Made by a program: the position numbers and the translations under genes. Below are positions 40,200 to 52,345 of a stretch of DNA of 64,000 nt, one piece after another. The stretch covers positions 48,424,001 through 48,488,000 of the forward strand of contig NC_045707.1 of the NCBI RefSeq assembly GCF_009834535.1, read 5' to 3'. This DNA comes from Camelus ferus. Lineage: Eukaryota. The notes beneath the pieces were generated by a model. It saw only the letters and a list, made by a program, of their open reading frames with translations, ran no database searches and was not told the DNA's origin. Numbering within the stretch: the stretch's first letter is position 1; each line of letters opens with the position of its first letter.

Positions 40200-40680
40200 A
40201 ATGGGTTTTATTTTTAAAAGCAGTTTTAGGTTCACAGTAAAAATGAGCAGGAAGTACAGAGAAGTCTTGTATACTCCCCAACAAAGGCAGAGACTCCTCC
40301 ACTATCAAAATCCCCTATGAGAGTGATACATCTGTGATAACTGATGAACTTACACGGACACATCCTTATCACCCAAAGTCCATAGTTTATTTTAGTGTTC
40401 ACTTTTGGTGTTGTACATTCAATGGGTTTTGACAAATGTGTAAGGATTCATATCCACCAGTGTAGTATCATATAGAGTATTTTCACTGCTCTAAAAATCT
40501 TCTATACTCTGCCGTTTCATCCTTCCCCACTCACCCTCTCAACTTCTAGCAACCACTGATCTTTTTACTGTCTCCATAGTTTGGCCTTTTCCAGAATGTC
40601 ACATTGCTGGAATCCTATAGTATGTCATCTTTCCAGATTAGCTTCTTCCACTTAGTAGTATGCTTTTTAAGTTTTAGCAT
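40200..40680 (-). mobile_element. L1MC1-like 3' end
   Basis: gcagttttaggttcacagtaaaaatgagc...tatcacccaaagtccatagttta...gcaaccactgatctttttactgtctccatagttt. Confidence 0.85.
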
Positions 40681-43600
40681 TTTTTAAAGAAAAAGAAACC
40701 CCATGTTTCTCTTCTGTCATATTGACCACTTCATTTTCTTAAAGCTTCTGATTCTTCGAAGCTTATGAACAAAGTTTAGCTGGTCAGAAAATGCCAAGCA
40801 CAAAGTAGATCAGATTTTAAAATCAATTTCTCAAGTGGAAAAAAAAGACATAAAGGAAATATTAAAAACAAAAGACAGAGAAAATTCACAAACATCACCA
40901 CCACCAAAAGACAAGGAGGCAAGAGAATGACTGACCTGGAATGCATAAGCTTTAGAAAAGTAGGTGATGACAGAGAGGCTCTAGTGGTGAGTGAGGATGG
41001 GTGTGGTGAAGAATCCCTTAGCAAAAACAAAACAAACAAACAAACAAACACCTAAAAAAAAAACTGCCTTTTAAGTTCTGGACCCTCCAAGGCACCCAGA
41101 TGAGCCTGTCCAGGGGTTGAGGAAGCAGTGAGTAATCTTCTGTGCCCCCACCCCAAGCTGCCTGGAGAGTTGATAACATTCTGTTTACTGGTAGGCCATG
41201 AGTCAGTGCTAGGTCTGAAGTTTTCTCCAATCCCCTGATTAAAATTAATCGCCTTCTTGGTGCTCCTAAAACTCCTTGTTTATGACTCATTGGGCAGATT
41301 AATCATTTCAGGTTTTGCATTACTGTTAATTATGTTCTAGTCTTCCTTCTTCACTAGACTGCAAACTCCTCTAGTATAGGAATCTTGTTTTTCTTCAACT
41401 TTACATTATGTAAAGTACCTTACGAACAGCAAATGTTCAGTAAACACTGGTTAAATAAAACTGAGTTTGAGTCTATAACTGTATGATATGATTATTTTCC
41501 CTCCTCTAACAAAAGGATATTTATGGATGACAAAGCTTGATTTTGCCAATTTTACTATTGTCCAACAGAAAGAATGGCTATAATATATATAAACATGGTG
41601 GGTAAATATTTTGAGATATTATCTTTTTCTCTTCCTTTAACTCTCCACAAGTCTTTCTGGGTTTTGGTTTACAAAATGTCTAATGCAAGAATGAATCTGA
41701 AGGGGTAGATGGATTATCTTGAAATAAACTAGCCCACAAAAAATAACTCCCACCAAATATCCTTATTAAAAGACCTCTCAGTTAGGATGGAGAAGAAATG
41801 GCAAGCTAAACAGAGAGGTGACCCCCAAGTAGAGGAAAACTGTACACTGTAGTGCTGCTGGGAAGGCCACAAGACCCAAGAAAGAAGTAGCTGTGGGGCA
41901 TACGAGGCAGATGGACCCATATGCAGTCTGGTAAAAAAAAAAAAAATTCCATGCCAGAATCATGGCTCAGAAAGCCGTGAATCCCTGGATCTGAAGGGAA
42001 TCAGGCAGATGGGAACGTTCCAGTGAAAATCCATGTGGACAAATAACTGAAGAGCAGATTGCTTCCCCCTCCCCCACCCGTCTTTTCCACTCTTCCTTCC
42101 ACCTTGCCTGTGTGATAGCCTAAAGTAGTAGTATGACCACCAGAAGGAAATCCTAAAAGTTTGAGGGGTTATTCTCATCAGTGGTGTAATGGGGTTTCTG
42201 TGTAGGAAATTAAGTTGAGTTATAGAAAAGAAGTCACATTTTGTTACTTAGACAATTAGTATTTACAGACTGAGATTCATGCTTATTTCAAAAATTTTGG
42301 GACAGAAATAAACTTCCACTCTTGAATCTCAAAACTTTTAAACAGAAGGAATTTAGAAGTAGTTGAGTCAACAGTTTACTTTGAGATGAAAAGAGAGAAA
42401 TAATTCAACACCATTTACTAATTTTCTCACTTCTCAACCTGAAATTCTAAAATCAATAGAATTTAGATATAAATTACTTACTTTATTAATCTCAAAATGT
42501 GTCCCCATTTGGAGTTAGGTGAAACTTTATAAGATAAATAAAAATAAATTCTGGATACTACTATCTGCATGTTCATGTTTTCTCATAAGAGTAGATGAGA
42601 GTAGTTCGTAGGAAACAGTTTTAAATTCAATGAAGGGGTTGAGGCTGTTTATCATAAAAGACTCAAGTTCAGAGAGGCAGTCATGACATTGCTTTGTCAG
42701 GCAGCAGCTGTGTCATTCCCATCACGACGAGTCAAGGTAAGAATATTTGGGGTTGATTTTTTTGGTACCATCTCTTGAAGACCCAAGAGAATCCTATAAT
42801 GAATACAGTAATTAACAAATTCTCTCCTATTCACTTCAAGCACTCTAACTCATGCTATTCTCACATTTATTTATTGGTAGAGGAACCTCCTCCTGTCTCC
42901 TATTTCGCTACTTCATAGACAAAGTGTGACCGACAGTCACAGTGCCCACATACACACAAAAATACTCTTTTGTCTCTGAGATCCCTCCTCCTGTGCTCTT
43001 TCTGATCTTAACTTCCATCTAAATGCTTTATCATGGCAAGTGACACTATTTCTTACCACTTTTCCTGCTTTATTTCCAAACTCATCCCTTTTTACTATGT
43101 GTAGCAACTGTGTTGAGTAAAGTCCATTCCTTAATCATGCCACCTGACTCCACCTTTTCATGTGCATCTTGCTAAGTCTACAAATTCCTATGTCTATTCC
43201 CCAGCAGTCCTGCAACTCAGAGGGGCTAATTGAAAGGCTATCTCCTGTATGTATCCCTTAAAAGAGTTAAAAATGAGATAATACAAAAAGTCAGTTGAAA
43301 AAAATTGGTTGTAAACTTGCCAAACTCTAACAAAAATCTTAAAGTTTTATGGAGTTAGGAATATTATAAGGACATTTTAAAGCAGCCAAATTAAACAGAA
43401 TTAGGAACAATAAACCAAAAAATCAATTTCTCAGAAATACGTGATCTATGGGAAAAACAAAACTTAAAAGGCAAAAAAGTTTTGAGTCTAGAAATAAAAG
43501 ATGAAAACTATAAGAGAGAATTTGTTAGCTATGAAGTTTGGAGAATGGAGAACACAGACACAACACACAGATATGTAACATTCACTTCCAGATCAGCTGA

Positions 43601-43834
43601 ACTAGACGGATACAATCAGAGCTTGCATTATCCCAGCATAATTTAAGTTCTCAAGGATAAAAATTTTGAAATCCTCTGAGTATTCTGCAAAAGAATTTGT
43701 TAGCAAATATCTACTTCACAGCAAAGGAATTTAAACTTATGAACAGTTGTGAATAGTTAAAATGGGAATCTAAACATGAATATTTTTTGTCTTTATATTT
43801 GTAGGAATCATTTTTATATAGGTTTCTGTAAGTG

Positions 43835-44204
43835 AAATATGCGCTAAGCACTATTCCAAAAACTTTTTATGTATTATCTCATTAATTTCTTAAAAATCCC
43901 CCATTTATGGATGAGAAAACTAAGAGTAGGAAGGCTAAGTAATGTGTCAAAGATTATAGTTAGTAAGTGGTAAAGTGAGAATTCAAAAATACCAGGTAGT
44001 TTTCATATTCTTTTTCACCATAAGTCAGTACAAGATATTGAATATAGTTCCCTGTGCTATACAGTATAAACTTGTTGTTTACCTATTTTATATGTATTAG
44101 TATCTGCAAATCTTGAATTCCCAATTTATCCTTTTCCATCCTCTTCCCCCTTCCCCAGTAGCCATAAATTTGTATACTGACTATACTTCAACTAAAAAAA
44201 AGAT

Positions 44205-44235
<31 letters not shown>

Positions 44236-44275
44236 ACCAGGTAGTAAGACTCTAAAGTCTGTCTTATGAACGTTA
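43835..44275 (-). mobile_element. MIR SINE interrupted by an L1 insertion
   Basis: cccatttatggatgagaaaactaag...tagtaagtggtaaagtgagaattcaaa, resuming at ccaggtagtaagactctaaagtc after the insert. Confidence 0.7.
44001..44230 (+). mobile_element. 5'-inverted (twin-primed) short camelid-type L1
   Basis: 44001-44173 is antisense L1 3'UTR, 44170-44201 is the sense L1 end with poly(A), then (CA)n; TSD aaaaKaccaggtagt at 43986-44000 and 44231-44245. Confidence 0.8.
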
Positions 44276-44344
44276 GAATAAAATCAACATCTTTATTTTA
44301 GCCCTATTTGACAAATAGTCACAATACTTAACACAGGCAAAGTT

Positions 44345-44555
44345 GGGGCTTTCGTGGCACTTTCACATATTTTACCTCATTTAATACTCAGACCATTATT
44401 TCCCAGAGGAGCTATTGCTATCACTATTTTTATAAATAAATGAATTGAGGCCCAGAGAAGTTTAAGTGACTTTTCTAAGTTTTAGTGTCTCGTGGAGGGA
44501 GAGGAATCAAGCCTAGGTCTTCTGATACCCTAAATAATGCCCTGTCCTTTATGCC
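44345..44555 (-). mobile_element. MIR SINE
   Basis: gcactttcacatattttacctcatttaat...attgaggcccagagaagtttaagtgact...aagcctaggtcttctga. Confidence 0.75.
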
Positions 44556-44965
44556 ACCGGTATCTTTTGTCATCATTCGCCCAGAGCTTCCCTAGCAGCC
44601 TAAATCAGATCAGCAGACCATGTGAGAGAAATTATTTAAACTGATGCCAGGAAGGTATTGGGTTGACAATGATCTGATTGGTGCAACTGTCCTGCCACAC
44701 TTTCAGCTTATTATATAGCCAGACACCAGTTTTAGAAATTAAATCTTGGGACCCCGGTCAGGAAATTCAACCTTGGGAACTCTAAGAGTAGTCTTTTCCA
44801 TAAACTCCTTTCATTTGAACCATGTTTTCACCACGATCCAGTCTGACCCCAAAGTATGAGTCATCTAGAACTATGTCCACTGTGTCCAATAGAACAGGGA
44901 GAAACACTGTTTTTCAATGTGATGCCTCTAGTCAAGGAAGTTGTTATTAAGCCTCAAAGGTGTAG

Positions 44966-45075
44966 AGGGAAGGAGGGAGGGATGGATAGAGGGAGAAAGG
45001 AAGGAAGGAAGGAAAAAAGGAAGGAAGGAAGGACAAAGGGAAGGGAAGGGAAGAGAAGGAAAGGGAAGGGAAGGG
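44966..45075. repeat. Purine-rich (GGAA)n/(GAAGG)n tract
   Basis: Directly visible. Confidence 0.9.
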
Positions 45076-46899
45076 TCACACCAATTTCCTACTCTGGTGT
45101 GACCACTGGGGAACTGGAGATTTTAAAACATTTCTCCATGCCCTTTCTCTGGAGGGAAAAGTATACACACAAGGGAGATTTTACATAAAAGCAGCTGACT
45201 ATTCCCTTTAGTCCATCCCCGTAGGAACTTTTCTCTTATTCCAAAAAAGCTCTCACATTTTTTAGTTCAACATTTTTTCCAGTTCTATTTGAGAATTTGA
45301 AATGTTAGGCTTGTTTTTCAATAAACTGTTTTAGACGCTTATACCCACTCTGAGGTCTGTGTTGGTCAGCCAACATTTGCACACCTTCGGTCTACTGAAG
45401 CTCTCTGTGCGCTTCATTCCTCGGTTTGTGTTGGCTGCTGCACATACAGAGTTGCATGTTATTAATTCCACAGCTTATTTTGAAACTTGCCCCTGAGACC
45501 ATCTCTTCAACTTCTCCTAAGTCTGAGACACAAAGCTTTTAGTCTCTAATATTTCTCTATCAAAACTGTTTATATTATTATATTTACACTTTCCTTCCAG
45601 AACAATATTATCTATTTGAATTTTTATTAGACTTGCACGGTCAAAGGAAATCTGGGCAAGAGTAATTAAATGAAGCAAATGAAACATTTATTGATGGCAG
45701 TATGTTATTGAGTGAAGGGGAGCATTTTAGAAGTAAAGTTTTTTTCCCCACAAGTAACGCATTACCATCTGTTCTTATTTCACACAAATCAGTACTGAGG
45801 GAGCAACATGAAAGAGGAAACTGGGTCAACATTTACATTTCAAGTCAGGTTAGATTTTGCTTTGTCATTTTCTTTGGCCTGGGAATCTAAAGGTTAAAAG
45901 ATTATTGCAGGCATGGGGTAAGCCAGACAAGAAATGGATCCTTCTGGGTAGTCCCATGAAACTCTGGGCCCAAAACAGAGACCAAAAAAAAAAAAAAAAG
46001 AAAATACAAGGAAGAAGTTAATGTCTTTTGCGATCTAAGACTGCCCTTAAATTTATGAGACCAAAAGGATAAGAAAACTGACTTGAACTTGTCATTGCTG
46101 ACTTCGTGTGTTCAGCCCTTATTTTCTAACTATACTTGGTCCAAACATGTGCCTCTTCATTAAGTAGTGGCCTGCAAGGTTATCTAGCTGACTGGTGGCC
46201 TAGAAATACTGAGTTCTTAAAAAGAGGAATCTCAAAACACATTCAATGCCTGAAACACACTATCTCTACATTCCTTTACTCTAAAAATGACTAAAATCTC
46301 GCAAAATCATAAAGACACTGAACTGTGGAGTTTGTGCTCAAGGAAGATAAAAAAAAATAGGAAACTTCATCTATCATACAAGAATATCTTTGAAGATACT
46401 GAGGCAGGACAAGTTCTTTCTGCTGACTCAGCTCTGTGTGTGTGTGTAAACCCATGCACACACAAGCATGCCTATGTATGTGTGTTTTGGGAATGGCACT
46501 AAGCTAGAATCTCTTTCCTTATTGCTCATTTATTCTTGGACCTAATGGATACCTAAGCATTATAAGAAAATCTCCTTCATTCTGTAAATTTTGTTTTTAC
46601 ATGTTAAAAATGATTTGGTGTTGATAACCTACTTTTTGTTTTGTTTTGTTTTTCGAAACCTCTTCTTCATGGCCCAAACCTATTTAAATGTTTTGCCTAA
46701 CATTTGCCTGAGTATATTTGGGGTGGATGTGAGTAAATAGGCAATATATAATTCATTTATGCCATTCACATCCCTGCTAAAATTCTTCAATGTCTTCTCA
46801 TTGTCTTTGGATTAAATACAAGTACTTTATCTTCATGTAAAAGATCCACATGGTTAGTCTCTTAAGACTTTCCCCATTTTAGGGTTCTCTTCCACATTT

Positions 46900-47335
46900 A
46901 TTATTTACAAGAATGTATTCTTCAGTTAAGTGTTGTGTTCTAAAAATATCTATTAGGTCAGGTTTTAAATTTTTAAAATATTTTTGCTGATATTTTGGTT
47001 CATCTTTTCTAAAAATTACTTATAAAGCGTTATTAAAATCTCCAGCTATGGCTATGGATTTTTCTATTCTGTTACTTCTGTCAATTTTTGCTCCATGTAT
47101 TTGAAACTCTTTTATTAGGTACATACACATTTAGGGTTTTTGTAACTTCTTGTCTAATTTACCCTTTTATCATTAGGAAATATCCTTTTTTACCTCAGAT
47201 AATATTTCTTGTCATATTTTTTGTCTAATATTAATTTAGCTGCACTAGCTTTCTTTTGCTTATTGTTGCATCATTTTAATTTCAGCTTGTCTGTATGTTA
47301 TATTTAAAGTGTGTTTCTGGTACACAGCATATAAT
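46900..47335 (-). mobile_element. Old L1 ORF2 endonuclease-region fragment
   Basis: tattaaaatctccagctatggctatggattt...ctcttttattaggtacatacacatttagg...acccttttatcattaggaaat. Confidence 0.8.
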
Positions 47336-47339
47336 GGTG

Positions 47340-48230
47340 AAGGAGTAGCTGCCACCATGGGATTGGCACATAATCTATATATGGCTTTGCCTTGCTTGCC
47401 TACAACATATCAGACAGCGCAGCTATCCAAGGGCTCAGAGTTTCTTATCCATTGACATCGGATTCTTTATAACATTGTTTCAAATCAAGGTAGGCAGCTT
47501 ACAGCCAAGGAAGTGTGGGCATATAAACATAGGATTCATTCATCCTACCACACAATGTACTACCCAGAAGCAGAAGCTGCTGGCCTGATGGAGTGATGAA
47601 ATGAGTCCCTAAAGGAGCTGCTGAAGCTTCATTTTGGAGATGATGTAGTGCAGAGATGGGGCTCTAACCTTGATACAGCAGTATACGTCTTACCCAACAC
47701 TATTTTTCTATGTCATCAATAGGTAAAATATACTGGGCTTGGGGTAAGGGAGTGCCATCACTCACTTTCTCTTCTTCTGTTACTTTAAGCTCTGTAAGTC
47801 TAGAATATCTGGCTCCCAGAGAAAATAGGGTTCCACAGAAAGAGTCACAGTAAATAAACATTTTTGACTATTACTATTGTTATTACTATTATTATTATTA
47901 TTTATTTTTTTTGACTATTACTATTACTTTGGGATCTTTGTGCCAGCAGACCAGGAAGTAAAGAAAGGAGTTGTCATATTAGCATGGGTAGTTGACCATG
48001 ATCATTACGGAGAAATGGAAGTGTTCTTCATAAAGAGGGCAAAGATAAGTATCTGCAGCACTTAGGTGATCCCCTGGTGGGCTCATGGTATTCCCTGGCC
48101 CAGAAATAATTCAAAATGTACAAGGACATCAACCATGGTGTTTTGAGGTACAGTAAACAGGAGTTTAGGATTCTCAGGGATGAGGATCTAACTTACTGTA
48201 AAAAGCGGTGAATCTGAGTGGTAGAAATGG
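47340..48230 (+). mobile_element. ERVL (class III) internal remnant: integrase and dUTPase
   Basis: Broken translation GIGT*SIYGFALLA...IVSNQGRQLTAKEVWAY...PEAEAAGLME**NESLK matches ERVL integrase GIDTYSGYGFA...SDQGTHFTAKEV...PEAAGLIERWNGLLK; ORF 47877 contains KKGVVILAWVVDHDHYGEM, like ERVL dUTPase AKKGVTVLAGVIDPDY.GEI. Confidence 0.85.
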
Positions 48231-48680
48231 TGAACTAGAATTGATGTTGGTGCCCCATCCTAACCCTCCCTTAAAAGCCAGTGCACTGTTCCCTACAGTT
48301 GGGTTGACTGATGACAGCTCACAGCCATCCCCTTTGCTAGAGATTTGCCTTCAGACGAATGAAGATACCCTGCCCAGGAGGCATGGCTGCCCATGCCTAC
48401 ATCCTTGGAGTCAGAGCTTGGCCTATAACTAACTGTCAAGGAATACAAAAAATTGGCCCCTTTCCTCAAAGGGGGAATAATTCTGTAGTGCAATCTTTTC
48501 CCAAAGCTTGCCCTTGTGATCAGACTGCAACTAGTCTGCATCTGAGACTGTACCCTTGCTTTCTTTTCCCCCTGCTCTATCCTGCTTCTATCACCTTTCT
48601 TCTGAAAGAAGTCCTCAATAAATTACTTGAATAAAAATCCATATATTAAGCTCCTGACTCTAGGGAACCTGAACTAAGAT
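48230..48680 (+). mobile_element. LTR16-type ERVL 3' LTR
   Basis: Follows the ERVL internal sequence; gacagctcacagc...ctcaataaattacttg...agggaacctgaactaaga. Confidence 0.75.
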
Positions 48681-50074
48681 GTTCATCATCAGATTATTTA
48701 TTAAATAATATGCATATGTTTATATTCAACACACATGTATGTTAAACAAGATATGTTTCTATGTATTGTATTCTCCACTTACCAATCCTGGCAAGCCAGC
48801 TATGTTCTTCCTTGTCTTTGTAGTCTTTTTATAACCCTTGCATTATACTATGAACATAGTAGGCATTCAATAAGCACTTTCGGATGTAAAGACAGAAACA
48901 AGCTAACCACGTGATGATCTTTTCTCAGCAAAGCACCCAATTTGTAGCAGTTCTCAGCTGTATTCTGCATAAAAAATGTTTAATGTATTTTATAGTGAAA
49001 AGTTGGCTAATAAAAGCCAAGCTCAAAGATATAACACTAAACCCTCATGGTTTAAATTTCTCATTGAACAGCATCATTTTTATTGTTGTTTCCAAAATGA
49101 GATCATCTTTCTGCTTTCACGTTAACCAGATTTGTTCAAAGATCTGACGTTAATGTCATCAGTCTGGGCTATTGCATAAGTTCTGCTAACTGAGTTTTAA
49201 AATATAGCCATTAGCATGCCATGGAGGAAGATTTGATCTCATCATGCTACAAATCATTTGTTTTTCTGAGAAGATTGGAAATATGACAGGCAGCTGTGCT
49301 TTATCAATGTTTTCATTTATACATTATATCTTTCCCACTTCAAAGTTTGCAGAAAAGAAGTGAGATAATGTGATTAGGTAGCCAAGCATATTCGATGTTC
49401 TGAAAACTAGGTCATTGTTGAGATTAACTGATGGATTAAAAGGATTTAGAAAGGTGGTAAATTTTTGATTTGCATATTTCTGAAAAGAGTCTTGACTCTT
49501 GTCAACTCCCCCTCCCAGCTTTTACAGAGAGCAGCAAGCCAAAGTACTACATCCAGCAGTTTAGTAGTTGCAAATTACTCTTGCCTGGTTTTTTGGTTTG
49601 TTTTTTTTTTTTGACCTTGAGCAAATTATCAGTATTTCCACACTAGATTTATTTTCCATAATCCATCAACTACATTGCTTTAGGGGCACTAGAAATGAGA
49701 CAGGAGAGTGCTAATGTGACAGATGAGGACTGAACTAATTAAATAGTGCTCAGCATAAGGCTACTATACATCTCTTTGACCAAGCATCCTTGGAAAATGC
49801 CTTAAATGCCAATTAAATAAAGACTGCTTAGTGGTGATCATCGTTCAATGCCATTTTTCCTTTTGGCATTTTTGGCCTTAACAATGGCCAAAAAGATAAA
49901 TTAATAGCCCTCTACTATATGGGTGAAAATAACCTACTTTATTTGGTTCTTTAGTTCACCAACTAGCACTTTATTGCATGAAGAGTGTATAGTATACACA
50001 TGTAAAGATTTAAGAAATGGTTCATTTTAAGAATTTGTAATGTGCAAAACAGTTGAAATAAATATTCTACTCAC

Positions 50075-50345
50075 TTATTCACTCACTCATTCATTCATTT
50101 ATTTAATAAACCAGCCCATGCTTAGTGAGGAGAGAGGTACATAAATAAACGGTTATAATAAAATGAGTACATGTAATAAAAGATGTAACTTTATGATGTA
50201 GACACGGGAGCATAAAGAAAGGACACATAACCCAAGGGCTGATATCAGGAAAGTCTCCCTGGTAGAGGTGATGCCAGCAGCTATGTCTTGGTGAATGAAA
50301 TAGAGTCAGCCAGGCAAAGGGTAAAATGAAGAATAGTCTGGATAG
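50075..50345 (-). mobile_element. L2 fragment
   Basis: (CATT)n tail cattcattcattt; tcaggaaagtctccctggtagaggtgatgcc. Confidence 0.7.
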
Positions 50346-51689
50346 GTTGAGATATGATGAGACAGATAAAGAAAATCATTTTCAAGAAGAGAGAAAAACA
50401 CAAGTGAAATTGTTGGGACAGCCTAAATGAAGATTTTTTAGAAGGAAATTAAGAATAAAATATTATTTTTTTAATGACACAAAATACACATGCATGCTGC
50501 TGAATTAAAACAGCTTCTTTCTAAACTTTCTGATGGCAAAATTCTGGATATATTTATCTAAATTAATCTTCTATCATTTGGGGGATGTGGAATGGGATGG
50601 GTGTAGGTTCAATTATTTTTTTTTTTCTGGGACCCTATTTTCTAGGGCAATAACACAGCAATGCACCAAACCAGGGTAGAAGGTAGCTAACATGAAGTGG
50701 CTGTGAAGTGAGTTCAAGGGTTTGGCAGGTCCACACCATGAATCCACTCTGACTGATATGCCAAGGATTTTGACCTTTATGGATGACAGTAGAAAGTCAA
50801 TGAAAATTTACTAATTGTAAGCAGAAATGAGACATGATACATTGATGGTATAAAGTCTTGATGTAGTATTAATTTACTGGTTTTTGAGTTCTGAGTAGTA
50901 GTTCTGAGATATTAGGTGAGGACAGAATAAATTTAAGACATTATTTCCATAATCTTGTGTCTTAACACGAGCAAAGGTTACTATGTTTATTATTTTGAAC
51001 CTAATGCTTTTTTTTTCTCTAATGAAGTAGGTTTTCATCAATACAAAGGATGTCAAAAAGGCAATTTCCTATTGATGGTCAATAAAAATGAATAAATCAA
51101 TAAACATTTATACAGAGTCTACAATGTGCCTGGAACTGTGCTTTCTTCTGGGTAAATGTCAGTGACTATACCATGAAACATGTTAAAAAGAACTTAATGC
51201 AAATATTTTATAAGATAAAACTAAAGCCTGATCCCAGGTGGTTTGATTATTTCACCAAATAATTGCTCAATCTTACATTAAAAGATAAATTCACAATGTT
51301 CTTAAAATTCTATCCAAACAGTTGTAGCTTACATAATATTCAAAATATTATTTGTACTTATAATTGTAAAATTTAACACACCTATAGCAACCTGAAAACA
51401 GACAGACTATACATATGGCTTATTTGAATCTTCTAATTTTTGAGGACTATCAATCAACAGCAACCACTTCACTTGAAAAAAGAAAAATCACACAATTGGC
51501 CTGACAATTTATTTTTCATATAAATTGTGGCTGAAGAGGGAGAGTAAAACATCTCAGGGATATTACTAATGTTGAAACATTGGTACTTAATAACAAAGCC
51601 AGATGAAATCAATCACATGGCCCCATTAAATCTATAAACTTTACCATTTACAATTAGAAACTACATGTAGAAACTATATACATAATTAG

Positions 51690-52345
51690 TGTATATATTT
51701 TATATTATAAAAGGCATACCTTCTGGTTGTAAAAAAATCAAACAGCATAAGAGCATAAAAATTGAAAAGTAAAATTCTTCATTTTTTTTACTTTCCTTTC
51801 CAAATCCCACATCAGAGATGACCACTGTTTCCTGCTTAGTGATTCTTGCTGTTTTTATTATCTACATTTGCAAATAAATGCAGTTGCAATATTGTAAGTA
51901 AATAAAATCAGGCTATACATTCTTTTCTGTGATTTCCTTTGATTCACTCAACATGTACTTGAAAAAATTTTCATGTCAGTACCAATAAGCATACCTTTTC
52001 CCTTATTATGACTGGAAAATATTTAAGTCTTTCTTCACGACTGCAAGGGAATACTCATACAGATACAGGACAACTTTTTAATTATTTGCTCTTTTGATAA
52101 ATTTTTAATTAACAGCATTTTACAAACAGTGTTATAATGATCTTCCTTATATATATCACAAGTGCAAATAGTTCAATAGGACAAAATTGTTGTAATAAAA
52201 CCTATACATCCTTTTAATGTTTTAAATGTTGTTAATGAAAAAAATATTTCTACCAACAATGTGATGTGTCACCATTAATTTCCCTACATCATTACCAAGA
52301 TTAAGTTTTACAAGTCTTAAAAGTTTTATCCAATCTTATGAATTA
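51690..52345 (-). mobile_element. Old L1ME-like fragment
   Basis: Degenerate antisense L1M 3' motifs (gatgaccactgttt, ttctgtgatttcctttgattcactcaac). Confidence 0.5.

Noticed and set aside
44856..45188. 110-aa ORF rich in G, R, K and E
   Set aside because: It is a translation of the GGAA/GAAGG repeat.
48911..49000. C-box-like GTGATGA suggesting a snoRNA
   Set aside because: No suitably placed D box (CTGA) or terminal stem.
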